In this document: positions 54,946-64,000 of the stretch, in pieces | How the letters are laid out: each line of letters starts with the position of its first letter | Numbering within the stretch: the stretch's first letter is position 1 | Assembly (NCBI GenBank): GCA_000165345.1 | Contig: CM000432.1 | Coordinates: forward strand, 928,001-992,000 | Length of the DNA: 64,000 bases | Direction of reading: 5' to 3' | Made by a program: the position numbers and the translations under genes | Notes under the pieces: generated by a model | Databases searched by the model: none | What the model saw: the letters and a program-made list of their open reading frames with translations, nothing else | Told to the model about the DNA's origin: nothing

Positions 54946-57900
54946 ATGGAGAGTTTTAGATACTTCCCTTTTTTTGAAAAGAAAGTTGTTGAAGGGGAAA
55001 ACTATTTTAGTTCAACTCTTGATTTTGAAAAGTTAGGACTAGGTTCATTTATTACATGCTCAGGAAACGAGAATTCTCTCTGGTTTGGCACAGGAGATGG
55101 TTATATCTACGAGGTTGGGCTTCGGGATGGACTCCTGAGTATAATTGAGAGCTGGAAGGCATATGATATAACAGTTTTTGACATTAAGTATTCCCAAAAT
55201 ACCCTAATAACTATTGGAATGGACGAAAATAATATGTGGAAATTAAAGCTATATGATTGTTTGGATGGCAACATTTTAAGTTCACGACTTGAAAATTATC
55301 AGGAGGTTCCAATATATAAAGAATTAGGTGAAAGAGGAATCACTGTATTTGAAACATGTTCTGATAATCAATTTGTTGGTTTAGGAACTGTTGATGATTT
55401 TGGAGTATTCATATTATATGGAGATTTTTTTGGTGTTGATACATATTCAAGCCATTTTATTGAATTATCTGAACCATGTACAGGAATTCATTTTATATCT
55501 TCTAATACAAAAGAAGAATATTACATTATGATTTCTACAAAAAATTCTATAATTTCTTATGAAATTGGAGTTAATACAAAATTCCCAAAGCTTATTTACA
55601 GTGATACAATGGGAGGTGCAAGACTTAATTGTAGCTCAATACTAAATTCATGGACTGATGATATCTCACAAGTACGTGATGTCTTAGTAGTATTTAGAGA
55701 AGAAGGCTTGTTTTGTTATCATCCAGTTAATGGTAACTGTTCTGCTCTTCCAACTAATCATGGAAATCCTATCATACTCTCAACTTTCAAGAATTATCTG
55801 GTCTTAGTTAGTTCTCCTCTTAACATCTCATCAGAATATTATTCAAATAATTCCAGAGAACAAATTGAAACTGTTAATACAACATTATGTGATGTTACTA
55901 TATGTAATTACCTCCCAGAATTAAGATGTATATGTTATACTGGTGAATTTAAAAATGTTTCACATATTGTTAAAGGACTTAATATGTTATTTGTCCTCTG
56001 TTCTGGAAATAATGTACTTTCAGGTTCTACTTCTATTACTAACACAAATATGATTAATAAGTTTGATCATACAATTTTAGAAAGAAAACAAGGAATTCAA
56101 AGTAATATTCTTTTACCTAATTCTTCTTCTAATACTAATCATACTGGTAATACTAATAATAGTACTAATAATTCATATATTACTCATACAAATATTACTA
56201 TGCCAAATCTATTATTTCACTTGGAGGAACTTAACCTATTTGAAAGAATTCAAATCTTAATCAGTAAAAACCTTTATGATTGGGCTCTAATCTTAGCTAA
56301 GAATGGAAATGTCTCCAATTCTATATATTCTCAGATCCAAAGAGCATATGGTGATTGGCTTTGTAATATTAGAAAAGATTATTCGGGAGCTTTAAACAGT
56401 TATCTTAATTGTCTAGATAGCTTTTCTGGAGATACCAGTCATGTAATACATAATTTTCTACAAGCTAATAGATTTGATGAAGCAATCACATATTTAAAGG
56501 AATGTGTATTAATTTTTAGAAGAAAAGAATCTACTAAGAATGCTATTAATCTTACAAATAGTGAAGATTCCAGATTTCCTATTGCAAAAGATCATATAAC
56601 ATTACTTTACAGATTATTTGCACAATTGGATAGATTAGAAGATATTATGGATTTTCTTCAAAATAGGAATTTAAACGAAGAAATTGATAATTATGAAGTA
56701 GAAACAGCGATTGATATGTGTAGAAATTATAATAAATTTGAAATGGCTGGAAATATTGCAGAAAGATTTCAATTTCATGATAAATACATGCAAATTCAAT
56801 TGGAAGATAGAAGATCTCCATCTGAAGCATTAGAGTATTTGGAAGATATTAATTTGGATGAGCCACAAAAACTATCATTAATATTAAAATATGGACCAAT
56901 TTTGATTAATAAGATTCAAAAACAAACAACTAAATTTATTAAAAATTTGGTAATAGAAAATAATATGCCAATTGATGTATTTTTACCAATATTTGTAAAT
57001 CATGATCATTTACTATTAGAAATGGCTTGGGATGTATTAAATAATGAAGGGAAGAAATTACAAATAGAATTAGAAGATATTGAAAAGATATCAGTAGAAT
57101 TATGTATTCATATACTTCAAGTATCTTTAAGACAAGAACCAAAATCTGAGATATGGGGCTAAATTAATATTAGAAAGATTAATAAGAATAGATAATTCAG
57201 AGAATTGGCATTCAATTTTGTGTATTTGTATATATTATAGATATATTTCAGGTGTATTTTATATTTCACAACATTGTAATTTACATCAATTTGCAATTAC
57301 TGAGTTAATAAAAAAAGGTGAAATTAAAGATCTGATAGAATTCTGTAGTTTATTTGGTAATAAGGACCCATTTATATGGCAAGAATCATTATGTTTGGTT
57401 ATAAAGAAATTATCAGAGAATACAAATATGAAAGAAAATATTGAATTAATAGAATATCTTAAGGCGATTTTAGAAAACGTTCATTCACTAAAATTAATAT
57501 CTCCATTATCAATTTTGGAGATTTTGTCAAAGTATTTGGTAAATGATAATATTTCATCAGATGAAAGATTTAATTCATTAACTTTTGAGATAATTAAACC
57601 AATATTAGCATTATACTCTGATTATAATAATGAGAATCTTTCAGAAAATAATAGGAATTCATTAAACGATATAAATGAGATTAATAGGATGAAGAAAGAA
57701 ATCAAAGACTTGAAGATGATGCCTAAAATATTAAATACTTCAAGATGTAACCAATGTCATTTACCTTTGGAATTACCAATAATTCATTTCTTATGTGATC
57801 ATTCATTTCATAGATATTGTTTATTACAACAAGATCAGTGTCCAATATGTTCTTCTGATCAAAAAACAAAGATCAGACTTTTAAAACAGAGAGAAAATCA

Positions 57901-58003
57901 ACAGATCAATAAAGATCAATTTTTTAAGTTTATTAAGGGAGATACGGATAATTCACTAGGTTTTGATCATATTTCAAAATCACTAAGTGTTTTATTCAAA
58001 TAG
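54946..58003 (+). CDS. Class C Vps (HOPS/CORVET, Vps11/Vps18-like) protein: N-terminal beta-propeller, alpha-solenoid, C-terminal RING-H2; reading frame interrupted by a +1 shift near 57150
   Basis: First in-frame ATG 54946. RING-H2 at the C-terminus CNQCHLPLELPIIHFLCDHSFHRYCLLQQDQCPICS. The two ORF-track pieces (..57162, frame 1; 57218.., frame 2, which starts on TTG) overlap: frame 2 is open from 57131 (DKNQNLRYGAKLILERLIRIDNSENWHSILCI...). A G4 run lies at 57155..57158. No GT..AG intron restores the frame. Confidence 0.6.
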
Positions 58004-58089
58004 ATATTGTTCGTTTATATATAGAGTTGTTTAATTTTTATATTTATTTATTTATTGTATTTGTATTTCATTTTTCAAAAATTTATTTA

Positions 58090-58120
58090 CATGCATGCAT
58101 ACATGCATATCATGCATATT
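58090..58120. promoter_or_regulatory. GCATGC motif cluster (acatgcatgcatacatgcatatcatgcatattgc); GC-rich GCCGCCCAGAAGACAAGACGCCCGCC at about 58300..58330
   Basis: Read directly in the 0.9 kb region between the Vps-like gene stop and the RPS2 start. Confidence 0.4.
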
Positions 58121-58915
58121 GCTAAATATCAACAAATTTTCACCTTGACAAGATTTTCAAAATAACTTAAATACACTTTTTAGACTATCCCTAATTTAAT
58201 ATTTTCATATTTAGAATTGTGATTTCTTACAATTTATTCTTCAATTTACTCTATTTTAATGAAGAGAAAATATTTATTTATATCGGTACCTTCACTGATT
58301 TGCCGCCCAGAAGACAAGACGCCCGCCTCTGTATTTTAATAGCATTTGAGACAGAAATAGAGTAGAAAGAGAAAATAAAAAAATGAATGAGGACATATAT
58401 AATATATTAATATAATAATTTTAATAAATAGAAATAATAGTATAAATAATCAAAAATTATTGAGACGTAAAATTTGATAAAAAAAATAATTCAAGTCAAA
58501 AATAAAAATTGAATAAAAAAAAGTTCAAAATAAGTTAATTTTAAATTATCAAAGTATTATTTGACTTTTGAATAGAAAATGAATTAATTATTTTAAAACA
58601 AAATACATTTTGCGGGTAATTAATTCAAATTAACTTTATATAGCACAAAATAGTAAAAAGTCAAATAAAATAGATTATAAATATAACCTTAATTTCAATT
58701 AAATAAATATATAAATATTTATTTATTTATTCATAATTTATAAGGAAAAAATAAAGAATAAAATTGCCAATAATTAAGTAATTTTAAACTCTTGGAGAAA
58801 AAAAATTTGAGATTTATTCATTACGAAAAATCTTGAGTAGATTCTAATACAAGAGTATATTTTGAAAGTAATATATCTAGAAGAAGTTTGTATTAATATA
58901 TAAGAGTATAGAAAC

Positions 58916-58922
58916 ATGTCAG
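58916..58922 (+). CDS. RPS2: 40S ribosomal protein S2 (uS5), exon 1 (ATGTCAG: Met-Ser-, phase 1)
   Basis: gaaacATGTCAG|GTATGTtt: an ATG followed after 7 nt by a consensus GTATGT donor. Splicing to the acceptor at 59083..59084 gives [10 protein letters not shown] in frame with the conserved body. Without splicing the frame hits a stop after 9 codons. Confidence 0.6.
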
Positions 58923-59084
58923 GTATGTTTAATAATAAATAGTAGATGGACGAGATAGTGAATTTATGATTTAATGAGTTACTTAACTCCTTGTTAAATG
59001 CAACTATCATTGATCTTGTCTATCTATAGAATTATCTATAATGAATATTAATTAACTTGAATTCTATTGATTACTTATATTTAG
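58923..59084 (+). other. RPS2 intron (162 nt, GTATGT...TATATTTAG)
   Basis: Donor and acceptor read directly. The ORF-track M at 59057 is a TTG inside this intron/3' splice region. Confidence 0.6.
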
Positions 59085-59881
59085 CTTCAGAAAGAGGTGG
59101 TTTTGGTAAAGGATTTGGATCAAGAGGTGGTGACAGAGGTGGCCGTGGAAAGGGACCACGCGGTAGAAGTCGAGCATCACCAGCTGAAGATGAACTCAAA
59201 AGTTGGGTACCAGTAACAAAACTAGGTCGTTTGGTCCGTGATGGAAAGATTAATTCTATTGAGGAAATCTATCTACACTCATTGCCAATCAAAGAACACC
59301 AAATTGTTGATTATTTCTTCTCAGGAAGCTCTCAATTATCTGAAGAAGTTATGAAAATTATGCCAGTTCAGAAACAGACACGTGCAGGTCAAAGAACTCG
59401 TTACAAGGCTTTTGTTGCTGTTGGAGACTTCAATGGACACATTGGACTTGGAGTAAAATGTGCAAAAGAAGTTGCTACTGCTATTAGAGGTGGAATTATT
59501 GCCGCTAAGCTATCATTAGTACCAGTACGTAGAGGCTACTGGGGTAACAAGATTGGTGAACCACATACAGTTCCAATGAAGGTTAGTGGAAAATGTGGTT
59601 CAGTACTTGTACGTTTAGTACCAGCCCCAAGAGGTACTGCTATTGTTGGTGCTCCAACTACAAAGAAAATGCTCCAATTTGCAGGTGTTAAGGATTGCTT
59701 TACTTCATCCAGAGGATGTACTAAGACCAGAGGTAACTTTATGTTGGCCATTTTTGCCGCATTAAAGAGCACTTATGCTTACCTTACACCTGATTTATGG
59801 AAGGAATACTCTTTCACTCCTTCTCCATACAAGCAATTCTCTGATTTCCTTGCTGTAACTAACAGCAAAGTTACCGTCTAA
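59085..59881 (+). CDS. RPS2: 40S ribosomal protein S2 (uS5), exon 2
   Basis: RGG-rich N-terminus then near-identity to RPS2: [38 protein letters not shown]...[95 protein letters not shown]. Confidence 0.9.
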
Positions 59882-60039
59882 ATATTTCAGGGCATTTAGA
59901 TACATTTCCATAATTTAATAGACATAATTTAACCCATAGTTCTATTTCATTTTTGTCTTGTTTCACAACTTTTATCAATTTAATAATTTTTGATTCTTAA
60001 TGTGAATTTTGCATTATCAGTCCAAGTTAATTATTACTT

Positions 60040-60051
60040 GGACCGCCAAAA
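60040..60051. promoter_or_regulatory. E2F-like GGACCGCCAAAA about 190 bp upstream of the p47 start
   Basis: Read directly. Confidence 0.35.
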
Positions 60052-60236
60052 TTCCAATTTATTTACATGTAGTAATTAAAGAGGGAAGAATGTGAAAGGG
60101 GGGGAGAGAGAAAGAGAAAGAGAAATTAATATTTCCAGCACAAACATTCATTAATAATTTATAATAAAAAAATAAATTACTCGTGTTTAAGGAATTTGGA
60201 GGGTATAATAAGTAAATAAGTTGGGAATATATTAAA

Positions 60237-60250
60237 ATGCCAATAATTAA
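60237..60250 (+). CDS. p47/Shp1 (NSFL1 cofactor, SEP-UBX protein), exon 1 (ATGCCAATAATTAA|GTATGT; M-P-I-I-, phase 2)
   Basis: ATG followed by a GTATGT donor at 60251. With the acceptor at 60308..60309 it gives MPIIKGFSDLNNNNNGDDKITNSYTGGEK in frame. Confidence 0.45.
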
Positions 60251-60309
60251 GTATGTTCATTTAAAAATAAAAGGGAAATGTTGTATTATAAATAAAAATA
60301 TTTTTTTAG

Positions 60310-60384
60310 AGGATTTTCAGATTTAAATAACAATAATAATGGTGATGATAAAATCACTAATAGTTATACAGGTGGTGAGAAAAG
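60310..60384 (+). CDS. p47/Shp1, exon 2
   Basis: Bounded by the acceptor TTTTTTTAG|A and the donor AAAAG|GTAAGT (60385). Intron 1 is 59 nt, intron 2 is 51 nt (60385..60435, acceptor AAATAAAG|T). Confidence 0.55.
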
Positions 60385-60435
60385 GTAAGTAATATTTTTT
60401 TTTTTTAATTTAAAGTATTTTAATTTAAAATAAAG

Positions 60436-61042
60436 TGGATTAGCAGTTGAAAATCCTGGAGAATATAATAGTAATGGAAGAGGTATTCCAGAAAATGCTA
60501 TTAAAGTAGTATTATATAAGAATGGGTTTATAATAGATGATGAGGAATTTAGAGATATTTCTATACCAGAAAATGAAGCTTTTATTAGAGATATAAAAAA
60601 TTCAGTAGCTCCAGAAGAACTTAGGAAAAGATCTAAGAACAATCAAACAATTAATGTTGCTGTAGATGATCGTAGTTCTGAAATATATGTTCCACCGAAG
60701 AAACCAATGGAGATGTTTTCAGGTTCCGGAAATTCACTTGGTCAAACAAGAAGTTCAGCATTACAAGTTAATATTGAATCAGAAGCTCAAGTAACTGTTG
60801 ATAAAAATAAACCAACTACTAACATACAGTTAAGATTTCATAATGGCCAGAAGAAAGTGGTTACATTAAATCATGATCACACTATTGCTGATTTACATTG
60901 TATTTTTATGGAATGCGCTCCTGTTGATGGCGAATACCAACTCGTCTCTGGATTCCCTCCAAAAGAAATTAAATTTGACCCAAGTACTACATTAAAAAAT
61001 GCTGGATTACTCCAAGAAACTATTTCACAAAATCTTATTTGA
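60436..61042 (+). CDS. p47/Shp1, exon 3: SEP domain plus C-terminal UBX domain
   Basis: SEP: IKVVLYKNGFIIDDEEFRDISIPENEAFIRDIKNSVAPEEL matches p47 [41 protein letters not shown]. Linker FSGSGNSLGQ matches FTGEGQKLGS. UBX: TTNIQLRFHNGQKKVVTLNHDHTIADLHCIF...FPPKEIKFDPSTTLKNAGLLQETI matches [31 protein letters not shown]...[23 protein letters not shown]. The ORF track reports only the UBX part from an internal Met (60707). Confidence 0.8.
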
Positions 61043-61623
61043 TTTTTTTTAAACTTAATATCAGTTCTTATTCATTTAAAAATACTGATATTCATTTATA
61101 TTTACAATAGAGTTAATTGTAACTTAAATCAACAGTTTTTTCTTAATTTTAACATTAAACCTTTTTATTATCCACTTATAATTTGTCCACATGCAAATTA
61201 TTAATTTTTTTTTAGTTAGAATATTTTGACGCATGTAAACAAAGAAATTCCTATACCGGTAATTAGTAATGCAATTCAAAAAGGCGGGCTAAGACGATTT
61301 TTTATATGGATAAATAATGTCATAGTAAAACCAGAAAAAGAGCAAATATTAAAAAAGAACAATTTGTAAATATTAATATATAGATTATAGATAAATAATT
61401 ATATAAATATATATATTATACATATTGGTCTTTATACCCTTTTTTCTTGGTCTAAATTCGTAGTAAGTTACTAAGAAATAAGTTGAAGGACTGTTGAAGG
61501 CAATAAAAATTGAGTAAAAATATTTATAAATATTAGTATTTTTTAAGAATTTATATGGAAGTTTAAAAAATATATTGGATTTAATAACAGATTTGCAGCA
61601 ACAGGTTATAAATAAAAGAAAAG

Positions 61624-63048
61624 ATGAAGATAAAGAAAAGTACAAGTAAGAGAATGCCTCTTGGGAGGAAATATAAAATAGAGAAAAGAGTTTCACAGCA
61701 TAAAAAGAAGATGAAAAAGATAGCAAGAAAGTCATCATTTATCAAAGGAAAGAAAGGAAGGACCAAAGAATTAAATATACCAAATCTTTGGCCATTTAAA
61801 GAACAAATGTTGAATGAAATGAATGATGCGAAGGAAAGAATTAAACAGGAAAGAGAAGAGAAGAAGAAGCTAATTAAAGAAATGAAAGGGAATAAATCTA
61901 TGATGGATGTGAATGAAACCCAAAATCCAAATGTATCTAAATTACCAGCTAATTTATCTGATTTTGTAGAAAGTGCACTTAACCGTCAAAATGCATTTGA
62001 GGCATCAAAATCTGAATTAGAAGAGCTTAATATGAAGACTTTGGGAGATCCAACATCATCAGATTCATCTAGAAAGGCTTTTCTTCGCGATTTAAGGAAG
62101 TTAATTGAGGAGTCTGATGTGGTTTTGGAAATTTTGGATGCGAGAGATCCACTAGGTTTTAGAAATGTTGAATTAGAAAGATCTATTATTGCCCAAGGAA
62201 AAAAATTGGTTTTAATTTTAAGTAAAATTGATTTGGTTCCAGGTGATGTTGTCAAAGAATGGTTAACTTATTTAAGAAGAGAACATCCAACTTTAGCATT
62301 TAAATCCGCATTAAATAGTTCAACAGAATTTGGAGTAAATCATTCAAAAAGTAGTGGATTAAATGCATCACATGATTTTATTAAAGCAAGTTCTGTAGCA
62401 TTTGGTGTTTCACCATTAATGTCCTTAATTAAAAATTATTCAAGATATAATAAAAATTCAAAGAAATCCATTACAATAGGTGTTATGGGTTATCCTAATG
62501 TAGGTAAATCATCTTTAATTAATTCTTTAAAAAGAGGTTATTGTGTTAAAGTTGGAGCTGTTGCTGGAGTAACTAGACATCTACAAAGAATTGATTTGGA
62601 TTCTACCACAAAATTAATTGATAGCCCAGGAGTTGTATTTACTGGTAATTCTCAAGATCCATCACAAGTTTTGAGAAATACTGTACAATTAACAAATGTT
62701 AAAGATTATTTTGAACCAATTTCATTATTATTACAGAAAATTGATCATGAAATTCTACTTAAACTATATAAAATACCTATATTTAATAATGTTTCTGAAT
62801 TTTTAACAAACGTATCAATATCTAGAGGCAAACTTAACAAAGGCGGAATTCCTGATATTAACTCTGCTGCAATGATTGTTTTAACTGATTGGTTTAATGG
62901 TAAAATTTCTTATTATAATTTCCCTCCTCAAGATCATTCTCACCAAAATCAATTAGAAAAAGAGTCTATTACCATAGTTTCTAATTGGTCACAAGAATTT
63001 AATATAGATAGTATATATGATGAACTTGATTCACAAATCAAAAATTAA
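61624..63048 (+). CDS. NUG1: Nucleolar GTPase Nug1/GNL3 (nucleostemin family, circularly permuted YlqF/YawG GTPase)
   Basis: ATG confirmed. Basic N-terminus MKIKKSTSKRMPLGRKYKIEKRVSQHKKKMKKIARK matches GNL3 [38 protein letters not shown]. Permuted motif order: G4 (LSKIDLVP) before G1 (VMGYPNVGKSSLINSL) and G3 (DSPGVV). Confidence 0.85.
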   Translation: MKIKKSTSKRMPLGRKYKIEKRVSQHKKKMKKIARKSSFIKGKKGRTKELNIPNLWPFKEQMLNEMNDAKERIKQEREEKKKLIKEMKGNKSMMDVNETQNPNVSKLPANLSDFVESALNRQNAFEASKSELEELNMKTLGDPTSSDSSRKAFLRDLRKLIEESDVVLEILDARDPLGFRNVELERSIIAQGKKLVLILSKIDLVPGDVVKEWLTYLRREHPTLAFKSALNSSTEFGVNHSKSSGLNASHDFIKASSVAFGVSPLMSLIKNYSRYNKNSKKSITIGVMGYPNVGKSSLINSLKRGYCVKVGAVAGVTRHLQRIDLDSTTKLIDSPGVVFTGNSQDPSQVLRNTVQLTNVKDYFEPISLLLQKIDHEILLKLYKIPIFNNVSEFLTNVSISRGKLNKGGIPDINSAAMIVLTDWFNGKISYYNFPPQDHSHQNQLEKESITIVSNWSQEFNIDSIYDELDSQIKN

Positions 63049-63414
63049 TTTATTAATAGCAATTACCAAATTAATTAGAACCAATAATCTGCTAAAATTA
63101 CCATTCTCATACTTTCTTTGCTATTTTTATTACCCACTATTCAAACGAATTCCTTACTATTTCTATTTCTACTTTTTTTTTCTCAACTAAAATCTACCAT
63201 AAAAAGAGAAATATTAGCGATATTGAAAAAAGGTCACTGGTCATTAACAAATTGAAGTGATAATTCTTAAGTAGAAAAAGAAACTAATCGGAAAAATAAA
63301 CATAAAAATATTTTTATTCTTATTTTTCATTTCTCTTTTTTAAATTTAAAATATATTTAAATTTGTCCATTATTTCTCGTAGTTACCGCTTTAAACCCTT
63401 TATTTTAATACATC

Positions 63415-63456
63415 GCATGCATGCTAAACTTGTGGCGCCACTTTCTGGCGCCAATT
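63415..63456. promoter_or_regulatory. GCATGCATGC plus two E2F palindromes (TGTGGCGCCAC, TCTGGCGCCAAT) within 42 bp
   Basis: Read directly. No downstream ORF inside the window, so this is presumably the promoter of a gene beyond the right edge or of an intron-containing gene. Confidence 0.45.
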
Positions 63457-64000
63457 CATGCAAATGACAATTTATTGATAATAGCAATAAAAATAAAGAG
63501 GAAGAAGAAATTCAAAGTGTAAAATTCTAAAGAAAAAGAAAGGAAAAAATCAAAGTAATTTTTTTCTAATATAGAGGATAGAAAATCTTAATTTTATCAT
63601 TTCAATATATTAACTAGGGAGGATAATCTTTTAAAGGCATTTCTTTCTGTAGTTAATCAAATTACAAGCTTTAAAGAAAATCGCCATAATTTTTCCTCTT
63701 TATTAATATATCGGAATTTTTTACTTTAAATATAAATAATAAAAATTGACCCTATTACTTGTATGGTTTAAAAAGGCTTGGAACAAAAGTATATTAAAGA
63801 AAAAAAAAGGAAATAATTCAAAGCCAAATTCAAGTAGTAATAATAAAACATATTGCTTTTATTTATAATGAAGGACTAGAAGAATTGAAAAAAGGAGAAT
63901 TTCAAATATTTAAAGTATAAGACTTTATTATTGTTAATGATAAAGTATCTTTTTTTCTCTTTAATTTTCTTTTAATTAAATTAAAACTTAAGCAAATCAA

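Overview
This is an AT-rich, gene-dense eukaryotic window, not a prokaryotic one. Composition, compact and mostly intronless genes, short GT..AG micro-introns, and upstream GCATGC and E2F-type GGCGCCA/GGCGGGAA motifs point to an apicomplexan, most plausibly a Cryptosporidium-like genome; that assignment is an inference from the sequence. It is a draft assembly: a 100-N gap at 36043..36142 and scattered ambiguous bases at about 36260..36410, 48855..48861 and 49515.

I can support about 23 protein-coding genes on both strands (gene symbols are by homology, not recognised loci):
- a tandem pair of giant paralogous ankyrin-repeat multi-pass membrane proteins, 1736 and 2187 aa;
- two TCP-1 chaperonin subunits, CCT gamma and CCT eta, transcribed divergently from a shared 1.3 kb promoter;
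- a UGGT-like ER glycoprotein glucosyltransferase homolog of 2068 aa;
- an Arc1p/tRip-like tRNA-binding protein;
- a Vti1-like Qb-SNARE that appears to lack a membrane anchor;
- a TBC RabGAP with a 66-nt intron;
- a DNA polymerase eta gene broken by the assembly gap, and the exosome subunit Rrp41;
- a PP1 inhibitor-3 (Ypi1) homolog;
- the proteasome subunit Rpn2;
- a secreted, repeat-rich PK/Thr mucin-like surface protein;
- a Vps51/Dor1-like N-terminal domain protein, a SET-like membrane protein and a GNAT acetyltransferase;
- a HOPS/CORVET-type Vps RING protein interrupted by a frameshift;
- ribosomal protein S2 with a 5' intron, p47/Shp1 with two micro-introns, and the nucleolar GTPase Nug1/GNL3.

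No tRNA, rRNA, CRISPR or transposon-like elements were seen.

Three things stand out most. The first is the giant ankyrin-repeat/transmembrane paralog pair. The second is a roughly 6 kb gene-poor, extremely AT-rich, (TA)n-dense tract at about 30.46..36.43 kb with only one small ORF, which ends in the scaffold gap and may be a centromere or an unassemblable repeat. The third is the repeat-rich surface glycoprotein gene.

The supplied ORF track accepts TTG and GTG as start codons and ignores splicing, so several of its calls are truncated or split and are corrected below. Coordinates I derived from the line labels may be off by 1-2 nt.
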